Below are positions 1 to 9,326 of a stretch of 32,000 nt of DNA, in pieces. This DNA comes from Nostoc punctiforme PCC 73102 (GTDB lineage Bacteria; Cyanobacteriota; Cyanobacteriia; Cyanobacteriales; Nostocaceae). Location: assembly GCF_000020025.1 (NCBI RefSeq), contig NC_010628.1:2760001-2792000 (forward strand), written 5' to 3'. Made by a program: the position numbers and the translations under genes. Each line of letters begins with the position of its first letter. The stretch's first letter is position 1. The notes under the pieces were generated by a model. It was given only the letters and a program-made list of their open reading frames with translations. It had not been told where the DNA came from and did not search any database.

Positions 1-322
1 GCCCAAAAGAATAATTGTATTGCCTATCTCTTCTTTTGAGCGATGGCGCTGTTTCGCCCGCCGTAGGCGATCGCCAGCCGCAAGCAGAGGCGAAAAATGC
101 TTTTAAAAACCTCAAAGTAAGAAATATTAGAACTTAGGTTTTTACTTGGGTTGCCACAATGGAGTGATAGTAAGGTTTTTAGCAGCAGATACGGCATTTC
201 TAACCTACGCCGGTACGGTTTACACCCCTTTGATTTTTGTAAAGTCAACGTAATATTTATTTATATAAAGCAATATTTGCTTACATAAGCAAATTCGAAT
301 AAAAGAGTAGGTAATAAAAGCG

Positions 323-520
323 ATGAATCAACCCATTGAATTATCTTTAGAACAAGAATTTAGCCTTAGAACTTTCTCCGATCAAGTGCAGCAGATGTCC
401 CGTGAACAAGCTCAAGAGTTTTTGCTGATGCTGTATAAGCAGATGATAATTAGGGAAGCGACTTACCAAGAATTGCTCAAACATCAGTGGGAAGTTGATT
501 CAGGTTCAATCTTGGGTTAA
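323..520 (+). CDS. nblA: Phycobilisome degradation protein NblA
   Basis: 65-aa ORF, MNQPIELSLEQEFSLRTFS...REATYQELLKHQWEVDSGS. Length and both terminal motifs match Nostoc/Anabaena NblA as I recall it. ATG start. Confidence 0.9.
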   Translation: MNQPIELSLEQEFSLRTFSDQVQQMSREQAQEFLLMLYKQMIIREATYQELLKHQWEVDSGSILG

Positions 521-554
521 AACAAATCTTGCGAAGTTACTTTAAGCGACTCAG

Positions 555-582
555 AAGAGAACGAACACACAATTGTTCTTTT
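555..582 (+). terminator. Possible stem-loop downstream of nblA
   Basis: aagagaac (555-562) pairs with gttctttt (575-582), 8 bp with 1 mismatch and a 12-nt loop. The T-run is part of the stem. Weak. Confidence 0.25.
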
Positions 583-1196
583 CGAGGGCAAGGCAATAGA
601 GATTATTTGCTCCCAAAAGAGGAAACTGCACAATAACAGACTCACAGTAACGGTTTTGATGGAAGGGGAAACTACTTTGACCTACGCCACAACCAACTGG
701 AGTTTAGACTAAAGATAAGCGATCGGGAAATAACACGTAGATAATTATGGCTAAAAAATTGACATAGCAGATCAGATAAAAAGTGCCTGAAAAGAAAAAG
801 CGGTCAGCTATGTTGAACCGATCGCAAATAGGTCAATGCTCATAAACTGCGTTTAAAGAAGAACGATTTAACTTGTACATAAAAACCTCCTGACATTTTC
901 ATCTTTGCTTGTTATTTGAAAATTCAAATAGTGACATCTAGTGAAAGATTAGAGAATACTCTTAGTTAACCTCTAACTTTTTTTACAATAATCAAAATTA
1001 TTGATTATCTATTTTAGGTAAAGTTGAGCTGCTCAACCAAAAGAGGAAAATGAAAACAGACTGTTTGTATTTTGGGGTTAAATCTTAATGGTGGAAAAGT
1101 CGAGGAGAATTGTAATACATTTGGCAAATACTACTTTAGATATAGGTTAGTACTTCTATAGCCATAGCTGGCAAAATCAAATCAATATTGCGCCTA

Positions 1197-1643
1197 TTAC
1201 TCTTCTAACCAATAGAGTAGACCTAGAGAAGTAACTCCCCCAAAAAAGTGAGCGCCAATCATGTTGACGTTTGCTAACATTACAAAAATGTCTAGCGAAC
1301 GAATTACATTTTCTGGCTGATAAATTGCCACACCTTGAGGTTGTGCTACTGCCTTACCCAAAATGATTGAAACCGTCACTTCAGAAGCAATAAAAGCTAT
1401 TAATAACCCTACCAAACTCCCAAGTAATCCAATTCGTAAATTTTGAATTACGTCTTCCTTGCTAGGATGGTTTTGAGAATTTGGTGTTTGTAAAAGTTTA
1501 GCCATTTTCCGATAACGCAAAGCCCAATAGACTCGAAAGCACAGCAATAAAATACCAACAATAGCCAAAAATATCCCAAACCCTATACCTGCATTGCTTG
1601 TCTGAGTAGTAATGTTACGGCTAAAACACGCCAGTAATATAGC
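1197..1643 (-). pseudogene. DUF3611-family membrane protein, 5'-truncated by an IS element
   Basis: The 123-aa ORF starts at TTG. The same frame stays open upstream (..SNAGIGFGIFLAIVGILLL..YWALRY) with no start codon, up to a stop that lies inside the IS inverted repeat at 1650-1652. Hydrophobic helices and the FRY-basic motif are typical of cyanobacterial DUF3611. Confidence 0.65.
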
Positions 1644-2890
1644 CAGGACTTACGCAACTGGCACAATGCGATCGCCAGTTGATAGTACATGAGTATTAAT
1701 TAAATCTGATTTTGAAAGCCTTGTCTTCGTAATAGAAGTCGCTGTCTTGGAAGCAAAGCATGAAATATTCATGAGAAAATAGGTAGAAGTTGTATTAGAT
1801 AAATTTGCTAACGGTAATGAGATTTACTAAGCTTAGTTACTGCCAATACTTATTAAGTAGTCAAATTAATTATACAATTACCAATTTGGCAGAGCATTTA
1901 GAGAGTATTAGTCATGATGCCATTAACTATTATTTGAAAAGAGAGAAATTAACACCTCGTTTACTATGGGATAACGTGAAAGACCTAGTTGAACCTGATG
2001 ACAATGGTTACATAATATTTGATGATAGCGTTTTAGATAAAAGGTATTCTGAAGAAATAGAAATAGTCAGAAGACAATATAGTGGTAATGAGCATGGTAT
2101 CCTTAAAGGCATTGGTGTAGTTAACTGCGTGTATGTCAACCCTACACTTCAAAGATTTTGGGTCATAGATTATCGAATTTTAATCCTGATGTCGATGGCA
2201 AAACTAAGATAGACCATGTGAAAGACATGCTCCAAAGCCTTGTGTATCATAAGTTTTTACCATTTGATACTGTTTTGATGGATACATGGTATGCGGTACA
2301 CAGTTTAATGCTATATATTGATAGCTTAGACAAAATTTATTATTGCCCTTTAAAAAATAATCGTTTAGTTGATGATACTTTTGATAAAAAAATATAAACG
2401 GATTGAATTATTAGAATGGAACCAAGAAGAATTAGACTGTGGTAAAATCATAAAAATTAAAGGGTTCCCAGCTAATAAAAAAGTGAAACTATTCCGGGTT
2501 ACTGTTTCTACCAACAGAACGGATTATGTCGCCACTAACGATTTATCTCAAAGTTCCACGGATGTTGTACAAGAGGTGTGTAAAATTCGTTGGAACATAG
2601 AGGAGTTTCACAGGGAAATTAAACAACTAACTGGCATTGAATCTTGTCAGTGCCGGAAAGCTAGGCTTCAAAGAAATCATATTGCTTGTGCAATGTTGGT
2701 TTGGGTTAGGTTAAAGAATTTAGCCTATAGAACTGGCCAAACTATCTATCAAATCAAGCATAACTTGCTTTCTAATTATTTAATTCAGCAACTGAAATGC
2801 CCAAGTATTCTTATGTGCTTGGTTTGATTTAAATTGTCGCGTGTCAAGGCTGCGCCCTGCCCGCTATTTGTGCCAGTTGCGTAAGTCCTG
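1644..2890 (+). mobile_element. IS4/IS701-like insertion sequence (about 1.25 kb) with perfect 23-bp terminal inverted repeats
   Basis: caggacttacgcaactggcacaa at 1644-1666 is the exact reverse complement of 2868-2890. The repeats enclose a DDE transposase reading frame. No matching flanking direct repeat (tagc on the left, ttaa on the right). Confidence 0.8.
1805..2827 (+). pseudogene. DDE transposase (IS4/IS701-like), split by two frameshifts
   Basis: Three consecutive ORFs (1805-2212, 2158-2397, 2369-2827) alternate between two frames but read as one protein. The Y-2-R-3-E-6-K-type signature CKIRWNIEEFHREIK is present. The shifts fall at a T4 run (2178-2181) and an A7 run (2386-2392). Confidence 0.8.
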
Positions 2891-2917
2891 TTAATGTCGA
2901 ATTTTAGAGAATTGGTT

Positions 2918-3811
2918 TTATTGTTTATTTGCAGGTGTTTCTTGAGCAGACAACCCGAACACTCGGAACAACAAAGCTGCTGAAAAGTTAATGCCGCATA
3001 GTTGCAAAAATAATAATAACAGCTCCGAAATTGCCATATCCCATCTGCCAATTGCACTTGCCATACCCACAATTCCCGCAGGTGGAGCTAAGGAAGCGGC
3101 AACTAACATCCCGGTTGCTGCCCCAGATACTAAACTACTCCGTTCTGACTGCACCAAATTGAGCGCCCCTGCTGCTAATGGCAAAATCACTGCTACTGCT
3201 GAAACCTGGCTACTTTCTACCATTAAACTAGTGGGAATTTCTTGCTGTAATATCAGGCTAAGTAACCAAGTGGTGGCAATTGTGACTGCTAAAGCAGCAA
3301 AATATCGTAAAATACTCCGTTCCAGGAGTTTGTGATCGCTACTGCATGGGGCGATCGCTGTATTCATTGCTGGATCTGCAAAGGGTGCTATCAGCATTGC
3401 CGCCATCAGCAAGTAAGCTCTATTAGTATATAAGCCAATCCAGACTATAAAGCCTGCCAGTGCTGCATAACCAAGAAAACCTCGCCAAGAGCCAACACTT
3501 TGCAAACCAGAAAGAAAAATCTCAATCGGACTGCGTTCTTCCACATCTACAACTTGTTGCGGCGCTTCCGATGCAGGGGGTTGCAGAGTCATCATACCAG
3601 TTGATATTAGCGTAATTTGTACTTTGGGCAATTCTTGCAACTTCTCCAGAACTTTGCCAACTTCTCGATTAGAAACATGAACAATCATTACATCAATCGG
3701 TTCTTCTGCATTTCCTTCAAATCTAGCCAGATTTGCGCCGTTATGAGATTTGGCAATATCGATAACAGCTTTTCCATTTCCCCGTGGTACTTGGATAATG
3801 AGTTGACGCAT
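2918..3811 (-). CDS. DUF389 (TIGR00341-like) membrane protein
   Basis: 297 aa. Soluble N-terminal domain MRQLIIQVPRGNGKAVIDIAKSH..VMIVHV, followed by several hydrophobic helices. Architecture recalled for DUF389. Confidence 0.7.
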   Translation of the reverse strand: MRQLIIQVPRGNGKAVIDIAKSHNGANLARFEGNAEEPIDVMIVHVSNREVGKVLEKLQELPKVQITLISTGMMTLQPPASEAPQQVVDVEERSPIEIFLSGLQSVGSWRGFLGYAALAGFIVWIGLYTNRAYLLMAAMLIAPFADPAMNTAIAPCSSDHKLLERSILRYFAALAVTIATTWLLSLILQQEIPTSLMVESSQVSAVAVILPLAAGALNLVQSERSSLVSGAATGMLVAASLAPPAGIVGMASAIGRWDMAISELLLLFLQLCGINFSAALLFRVFGLSAQETPANKQ

Positions 3812-3970
3812 TCTACCCTCCTACCGCTAACCATCTTGCTTTTTCAGACAATAACTCTACTATCCAAAGAAAGATTATTTGAAAGATGTATCTCATATTC
3901 AATTAACACTTAATTTTTGTTCGTAGAATTATTACATAGTAAAATGACTGAAAGTTAAGGTAGTAAAAAT

Positions 3971-4513
3971 ATGACGGGTTATCCAGGTGGATACTTTCGT
4001 CCCAATCAATCGGTTTCTAAGGTTGAGGCTATAGTTGCTTTAAACAAAGGACTGAATCTAACTACTGGTACATCAGCAGTTACTGTACCCACAGTCATAC
4101 AGGGAGTAGTTCCCCAAAAAAGCACAGGAAAAGCTGTAAAAAGACGTATAATGCCACTAGCATTTACTACTTTAATGCAGCCTTTATTAATATCAAAAGC
4201 CCCAGCCGTAGTAGCTAATGCTATAAATCTTAACCGTCCTGCATCATTTATTATTACTAACACTTATGCAGATGCCAATAATATTCCGCAATATGCAGTT
4301 GGAGATGTAGCAGCCGCAACTAAAGCAAATATAGTGGTCAACTATCCAAATCCTAAAGTTCTTAATCCAAGTAAACCTGCAACTAGAGGAGAGATTACAG
4401 CTTTAGTTTATAAAACTTTAGTTTCCCAAGGAAAGATAGAACCAATTTCTACTAATTTACCTGCCAATCAGTATATTGTTCGTACTCCTGTCAACAAAAA
4501 AAATGCTCAATAA
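3971..4513 (+). CDS. S-layer homology (SLH) motif protein, probably a 5'-truncated remnant
   Basis: It starts inside an SLH repeat (GYPGGYFRPNQSVSKVEAIVAL). A second SLH-like end is present (PSKPATRGEITALVYKTLV). There is no signal peptide, and in-frame stops lie immediately upstream. Confidence 0.5.
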   Translation: MTGYPGGYFRPNQSVSKVEAIVALNKGLNLTTGTSAVTVPTVIQGVVPQKSTGKAVKRRIMPLAFTTLMQPLLISKAPAVVANAINLNRPASFIITNTYADANNIPQYAVGDVAAATKANIVVNYPNPKVLNPSKPATRGEITALVYKTLVSQGKIEPISTNLPANQYIVRTPVNKKNAQ

Positions 4514-4719
4514 GTACTAATTTCTCGAAGACTTTTGCTGATTTAAGGTTTAACAACTTAGTTATAAGCCTCTATAATCTTATGCAGAGGTTTACTTTTG
4601 GTTTAATTAAAGCTATTTTTTTAAAACCATTAATTCCACAATAGTGATTTTTAGATATTAATATTTTTCTACAGAAATAAGGAGTAAAAATATATATTCA
4701 CAATTTTAAATATAGATGA

Positions 4720-5040
4720 TGTAAGGTTGTAAAACAACAAAAACTTGAAGGGAATTTACAATCCAAGCCGCGAGGAAAGCCACAATTTAGCCATTTAACA
4801 AATGCCGACACAGAGTTAAGAGAATTAGTTGAATCATATCCAGATGCAACATTGATAGAGTTGTGTGAATTATTTGCAGACAAGACTGGCAATTGGATAG
4901 GTCGAAATGCAATGTGTCGTGCGTTACAGAAATTAGGATTAAATCGGAAAAAAAGCAAAGCGGAGTACCCAAGCAGGGACTCTTAGAGTCCTGAATAAAA
5001 GAAGAGATTATTGGGAAAAGGTCAAACATATACAGCAGAT
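4720..5040 (+). pseudogene. IS630-family transposase N-terminal fragment (frameshifted and truncated)
   Basis: My own translation gives ..KPRGKPQFSHLTNADTELRELVESYPDATLIELCELFADKTGNWIGRNAMCRALQKLGLNRKK. After a frame change it continues VLNKRRDYWEKVKHIQQ. This is the typical HTH N-terminus of cyanobacterial IS630 transposases. There is no start codon and no DDE domain. Confidence 0.7.
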
Positions 5041-5076
5041 TTCAAGTTTATGAAGTACACAACATAGGTCTCAAAG

Positions 5077-5802
5077 TCAGATATAAAGCCCGTTTTCCTT
5101 TCCAATTCTGTCTAAGTTTTGTTCTTTTAAAGAAGCTTTACGACGCTGTTGCTTTAATCGTAAACCTGCTCCAGTTACGCCTATGCCAATTAGGGCAGTA
5201 GTATATGTTGGTTCTGGAACCTGCTGGGCAGTTTGCAAAGAGAATGTCAGTTTAGCTAAACCCTTAGAAGGAGTTCCTGGTGGGCTAAGTTTATCTTCTT
5301 CAATAAAACTTATTGCGCCTGTAGCATTCTTGAACAAGCCTGTCCCGCCAAAAATAGTTATAGTACCACCACCCTTGATAGTCTGCCCTGCAAAGTTAAT
5401 TTCCGCAGTATCACTAGCTCTGCCAAATAACTCATTAGCACCGCCATAATACCTGTCAAAAAGTATTGGTTCATCCTTTAAGCCAAATACGATTGGATCT
5501 GAATTAAAGGTATATTTGTTGATGGATGGATTGACAATCGGCTCAAGCTTGCCATAAGTATTGCTGGTAAATGAATTCAACCCATAAGGAGCGGGTTCGA
5601 CGCTTTCGCCTGTAATAGTTGCCCTGACAATACCTAGGTCTGGTCTAAAGTTTGGATCAATGACAACTGATGTATTGTAGTCCGAGGAAAATGTATAAAT
5701 ATTATTATCAGTAGACTGTGCTGATACAGTTTTTATATTCAACCCAAAACTTAGTGTAGACAAGATTAAAGGTATGGTCCACGTGATATTTAAACTAAGC
5801 AT
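5077..5802 (-). CDS. PEP-CTERM sorting-domain protein (secreted)
   Basis: N-terminal signal peptide ending VSAQS. C-terminal VPEP motif, then a hydrophobic helix (TALIGIGVTGAGL), then a basic cluster (KQQRRK). An unusual 19-aa tail follows. Confidence 0.75.
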   Translation of the reverse strand: MLSLNITWTIPLILSTLSFGLNIKTVSAQSTDNNIYTFSSDYNTSVVIDPNFRPDLGIVRATITGESVEPAPYGLNSFTSNTYGKLEPIVNPSINKYTFNSDPIVFGLKDEPILFDRYYGGANELFGRASDTAEINFAGQTIKGGGTITIFGGTGLFKNATGAISFIEEDKLSPPGTPSKGLAKLTFSLQTAQQVPEPTYTTALIGIGVTGAGLRLKQQRRKASLKEQNLDRIGKENGLYI

Positions 5803-5825
5803 AATTTTCCTTTTTGAGCCGTTGA

Positions 5826-6110
5826 AGAAGAACTCAGAAGCCAGAATGGGCTGGGCCCCGCTACGCTAACAGGAGCGGAGTCGGTGACGCTCTGCCAAGG
5901 TGTCAGAATGCAATCAGTGGCTGGTCTCAAACCAGTTTATTCAGACGCTCGCAGACTCGCTCTAAGCGTTCGCGTTAGCGTCTCGTAGAGAAGCCATGCC
6001 GTTGGCGAAGCCTCTCGTTCGCGTTAGCGTCTCTAAAAGAGAAGAGAAGGCTTTACGCTGCGCTATCTGCCAGTAGAACAGAATTCATTCTGAATTCTGT
6101 TCTGATAAAA
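5826..6110. repeat. GC-rich dispersed intergenic repeat cluster (Nostoc-type, MITE-like)
   Basis: An 18-nt perfect direct repeat, cgttcgcgttagcgtctc, occurs at 5967-5984 and 6016-6033. A perfect 13-bp stem with 3-nt loop lies at 6075-6103. The string ctgaattctgttctgataaa (6090-6109) matches 13103-13122 at 19 of 20 positions. Confidence 0.75.
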
Positions 6111-6440
6111 GATAATACAAACTCCCGCACGGAGCGGATATTTATATTATCAAGTGCGCTAACGATCGCATTTGTTGGTAACTATTACAAAATATATTAA
6201 ATTTAATTTTTGGTTATTTCAAGTGTTACTGCTTTGGAACTACAGGATTATTTTTAGGTAAATTGCGATAAAATATGCAAGATAATTTTAATAGCTTTTG
6301 TGTTAAAATTTTAAGCTCATTTATTGTTACTGTTATAATGGCTATTGCTCATGACTTAGGTAAAAATTGTTTAACAGTTATGGAGATACTCGGATCATCT
6401 TTAAATGATATTTACTCGGTAAGAGTCAAATCCTGATGAT

Positions 6441-6676
6441 ATGCAATCTATAGAAACATTTTTCACTACTCACCTCATTGGCGATCGCTTACAGCTTGAA
6501 CATCTTGACCAGTTGTGCATTATGCATCAAGATCCTCAAGTTATGGCAGCTCTTGGAGGCGTTCGTTCTCAGGAGCAATCAAAGCAATTTTTCTATAAAA
6601 TCTGGAACACTGGGAGTGTTACGGTTTTGGGTTATGGGTGTTTCGAGATAAAGTGGATAATATAGAGGCGATTTAA
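6441..6676 (+). pseudogene. GNAT N-acetyltransferase, frameshifted and 3'-truncated
   Basis: The N-terminus FTTHLIGDRLQLEHLDQL..HQDPQVMAALGGVRSQEQSKQF is GNAT-like. A one-base slip at the A-run at 6597-6600 restores NLEHWECYGFGLWVFRDK. The reading ends after about 80 aa, whereas the family is typically about 170-180 aa. Confidence 0.65.
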
Positions 6677-6680
6677 AAGG

Positions 6681-7253
6681 CTAAAGGCATCGCTTGAGAA
6701 TAAAAAAGAAAGGTTGGGATATGTTTTTATAATCCATAATTCCTAACACAGTATTTTCATCTACTTTTCTAAAAGAATCATTGATTGGCAAATAATCATA
6801 AATCATTGTAGCAGTCACTTTTTCTCTATACTCCATCATTCGCAGTCTGGCTTGACTTTTCTCGGTTTTAAGTAAAGAATTAATTAAGATCAGCAATGGT
6901 TTGAAAGAATTATTTTTTGGGATCGGCAATTTTAAAACCCAGTTCATTAAAGTGGGGTTAGGCGCAACCTGAAAAATCTCTCCTCGACTATCTAAAAATA
7001 ATAAAGGATGAACATTTTCAGAATCTATGAACTCCTTACCATACCAATTGGAAATTTCCAATAAGCCATCCATTGGATGATTTGTATGCAGTCCAGACCC
7101 GTGCCAACGACCAAACATAAAGCCTAAATTTACGGGTTCAAGGGTGTCAAACAATTCTAAAGCTTTTTCTGTCGTAGTTTTACCCGTTTCCAGTATCAAC
7201 TGATAATTTCTTAATATTTCCATTGTTACTGTCCTTAGCTCGACTTTATCCAT
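6681..7253 (-). CDS. GXWXG / DUF4334 domain protein
   Basis: 190 aa with the GRWHG motif in FGRWHGSGLHTNHPMDGLL, followed by a DUF4334-like C-terminal half. Confidence 0.75.
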   Translation of the reverse strand: MDKVELRTVTMEILRNYQLILETGKTTTEKALELFDTLEPVNLGFMFGRWHGSGLHTNHPMDGLLEISNWYGKEFIDSENVHPLLFLDSRGEIFQVAPNPTLMNWVLKLPIPKNNSFKPLLILINSLLKTEKSQARLRMMEYREKVTATMIYDYLPINDSFRKVDENTVLGIMDYKNISQPFFFILKRCL

Positions 7254-7334
7254 TTTTCTCTACGGGTCATCACAAATTTAGGCGATCGCTAAAAGATGTG
7301 GGTTTTGTTGCATACATAACATTTCAATACAGTC

Positions 7335-7780
7335 GTGGTGAATACTGCTGAAACGAGCAATACACTGAGACTGAAGGAGAATTGTGTGTATCTTCCCGTG
7401 AATACAACAATACCAGTTGAAATCGCCAGTATCCTACTACCGTTTAGGGCGCTGTTTACCAAGCCAGTCTGGTGTCATGTCCAAACTTTAGTAATGGGAA
7501 CGATTTTAACAACAGGTAAACGTACCATTACTTCGGTACTTGTAGTCATGGGACTGAATCAGGAGGAACACTTCCAGAATTATCATTGTGTATTAAATCG
7601 CGCAGTATGGTCAAGTTTGGAAGCAAGCCGAATTTTATTAATGCTTATGGTAACAGTTTTTTTACCAAGCGGGTCAGTGATCATAGGAATAGATGATACG
7701 ATTGAACGCCGTAAAGGCAAGAAAATTAAGGCAAAAGGAATATATAGAGACCCAGTACGTTCAAGTAACAGTCAAGTTGT
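7335..7780 (+). pseudogene. DDE transposase N-terminal fragment (IS4/IS701-like, exact family uncertain)
   Basis: ..[89 protein letters not shown] matches the first about 150 aa of a common cyanobacterial transposase of over 400 aa. Similarity is lost at about 7780. Confidence 0.7.
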
Positions 7781-7937
7781 ATACGTTTACACCCATGCTT
7801 CTTTTTAAATTTAGGAAAACCTACACCCTTCTTCCCTTGGATCTTCTTGAAGTCAGCAAAAAAGTTTTTGTATGCTGTCTCTAAATTCTTGAGCAAATTC
7901 TGTAAGAAGTTAAAAAATGAGTTTGTTTGTTGTAACA
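7781..7937 (-). pseudogene. TnpB (IS200/IS605 OrfB) internal fragment
   Basis: ..[37 protein letters not shown] resembles the conserved N-proximal TnpB segment (..AFKNFF....GFPKFKKK). Only about 50 aa are present. Confidence 0.55.
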
Positions 7938-9134
7938 CTAGAATTTAATTGTTGCAGATGGCTTGTAATCATATAGCCATTTATGAAAATCATCATTAAC
8001 ACTCATTGTCTGTTCCCGTTGCCCGTTTGATGCCACGGTGTTAGATTCGTAGTAGCGCATCTCACCCAAAGCGCTACGAGCTTGGATAATTTCTGTGCGC
8101 TGCATACGACGCTGTTCGTAGCTAGTTAAGGCTTCTTGGAGATTAGCTGATTGAGAAAAACACTCTCGCAATTCATAAGCATCTTCAAAAGTAGTATTCG
8201 CTCCCTGTCCCATAGCTGGAGCCATCGGATGGGCAGCATCGCCTAAAAGTGTAACTCTGCCTTGACTCCAGTGAGTTAATGGTGGGCGATCGCAAATCGG
8301 CCCTTCCCAAATTTGCTCGGCTGGTGTTGCTTGTACTACCACTTGAAAGGATTCATCCCAATCAGCCAATTCATGGAGAATACGAGATTTGACTTCATCG
8401 GCGCTGTGGCAAAGAGAGTATTCAGGAGAAAACTTACGACTAATCCAACTCATATAGCCGCCGCCCACATTCAGAAGGTACATGAACTGTTGATTGCCTT
8501 TGACGAACACTAATTCATAGTCATTAAATAGCTCGTGGTGATATTTGATGACGGCACGCCAACACATACTACCAATATAATTAGGCTTACCCTCGCCAAA
8601 TAAAATTTCTCTAATTACAGAGTTAACACCATCAGCGCCAATCAGTAAATCTGCATATACCGATTTTTCGCCATCAAAACGAATTTCCACACCGTTTTCA
8701 TCTTGCTCAAAGCCGATACAGCGATGATTGAGATGAACTATATCAGATGGTAGTCTAGATGCTAAGACTTGCTGTAGACGATACCACCAAACAGTCACTA
8801 ATGGCTGTCCATATTTCTCTTGGTATTTACTTGCATTAGCCCGGATTGTTTCTCCCCGAAAATTCTTTAAAACCGTGTGGTGAACCTCACACCCTGAACC
8901 TTTGAGGGTTTCGACAATTCCCGGTGCGATCGCATCTAAAAAATTCAAGCCATTGGGAGCTAGCCCTAGCCCAGTTCCAGCCGGACGAAACTCTTGAGCT
9001 TTTTCGTATATTTGAACGTCTATCCCTTGGCTTCTCAGTGCTATAGCAGCAGCTAAACCGCCTGGGCCAGCACCAACAATGGCAACTTTTTCTACTATGG
9101 GTTGGGATAATTTCTCTGTTGGGTTTATATTCAT
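7938..9134 (-). CDS. FAD-dependent aromatic-ring monooxygenase (UbiH / salicylate hydroxylase-like)
   Basis: 398 aa. Motifs: [14 protein letters not shown] (GxGxxG), [11 protein letters not shown], and [24 protein letters not shown]. Confidence 0.9.
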   Translation of the reverse strand: MNINPTEKLSQPIVEKVAIVGAGPGGLAAAIALRSQGIDVQIYEKAQEFRPAGTGLGLAPNGLNFLDAIAPGIVETLKGSGCEVHHTVLKNFRGETIRANASKYQEKYGQPLVTVWWYRLQQVLASRLPSDIVHLNHRCIGFEQDENGVEIRFDGEKSVYADLLIGADGVNSVIREILFGEGKPNYIGSMCWRAVIKYHHELFNDYELVFVKGNQQFMYLLNVGGGYMSWISRKFSPEYSLCHSADEVKSRILHELADWDESFQVVVQATPAEQIWEGPICDRPPLTHWSQGRVTLLGDAAHPMAPAMGQGANTTFEDAYELRECFSQSANLQEALTSYEQRRMQRTEIIQARSALGEMRYYESNTVASNGQREQTMSVNDDFHKWLYDYKPSATIKF

Positions 9135-9326
9135 AATGTGAGGTTAACTATCTGAGCTACAAAAAAGTAATAATAGACTGTGGTGGAAGTTGACTACTTT
9201 TCAGACTTGTTTCTTCAGCCCCAAGTTTTTCCTATTGCCCGCCAATGCAAATCAATTCTAAAATCAAAGCGGACTGCGAGATCAAATCCAATAAACATCT
9301 GAAAAAATATTAGTATCATATTCAAC

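Noticed and set aside
24-248. 74-aa minus-strand ORF at the window start
   Set aside because: It is built partly on a GC-rich dispersed repeat containing HIP1. It has no recognisable motif and lies upstream of nblA, where a promoter is expected.
250-264. Exact 15-mer gtaatatttatttat shared between the nblA upstream region and 16683-16697 inside the transporter operon, considered as a common regulatory site
   Set aside because: An AT-only 15-mer in an AT-rich genome is close to chance expectation for a 32-kb window compared against both strands. It has no palindromic or NtcA-like (GTA-N8-TAC) structure.
833-880. 15-codon minus-strand micro-ORF (MYKLNRSSLNAVYEH) preceded by a perfect AGGAGG 5 nt upstream, in the 675-bp gap after nblA
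   Set aside because: The SD-like hexamer is striking, but the ORF is tiny, conservation cannot be assessed, and cyanobacteria depend only weakly on SD sequences. Ribosome profiling or comparative alignment would be needed.
2785-3335. ORFs 2785-3072 (minus) and 2991-3335 (plus)
   Set aside because: They overlap the IS right end or run antisense to the DUF389 gene. The sequences are low complexity.
7693-7884. 63-aa plus-strand ORF spanning the transposase/TnpB junction
   Set aside because: It is an artefact of reading across two unrelated fragments, and it is out of frame with the transposase fragment.
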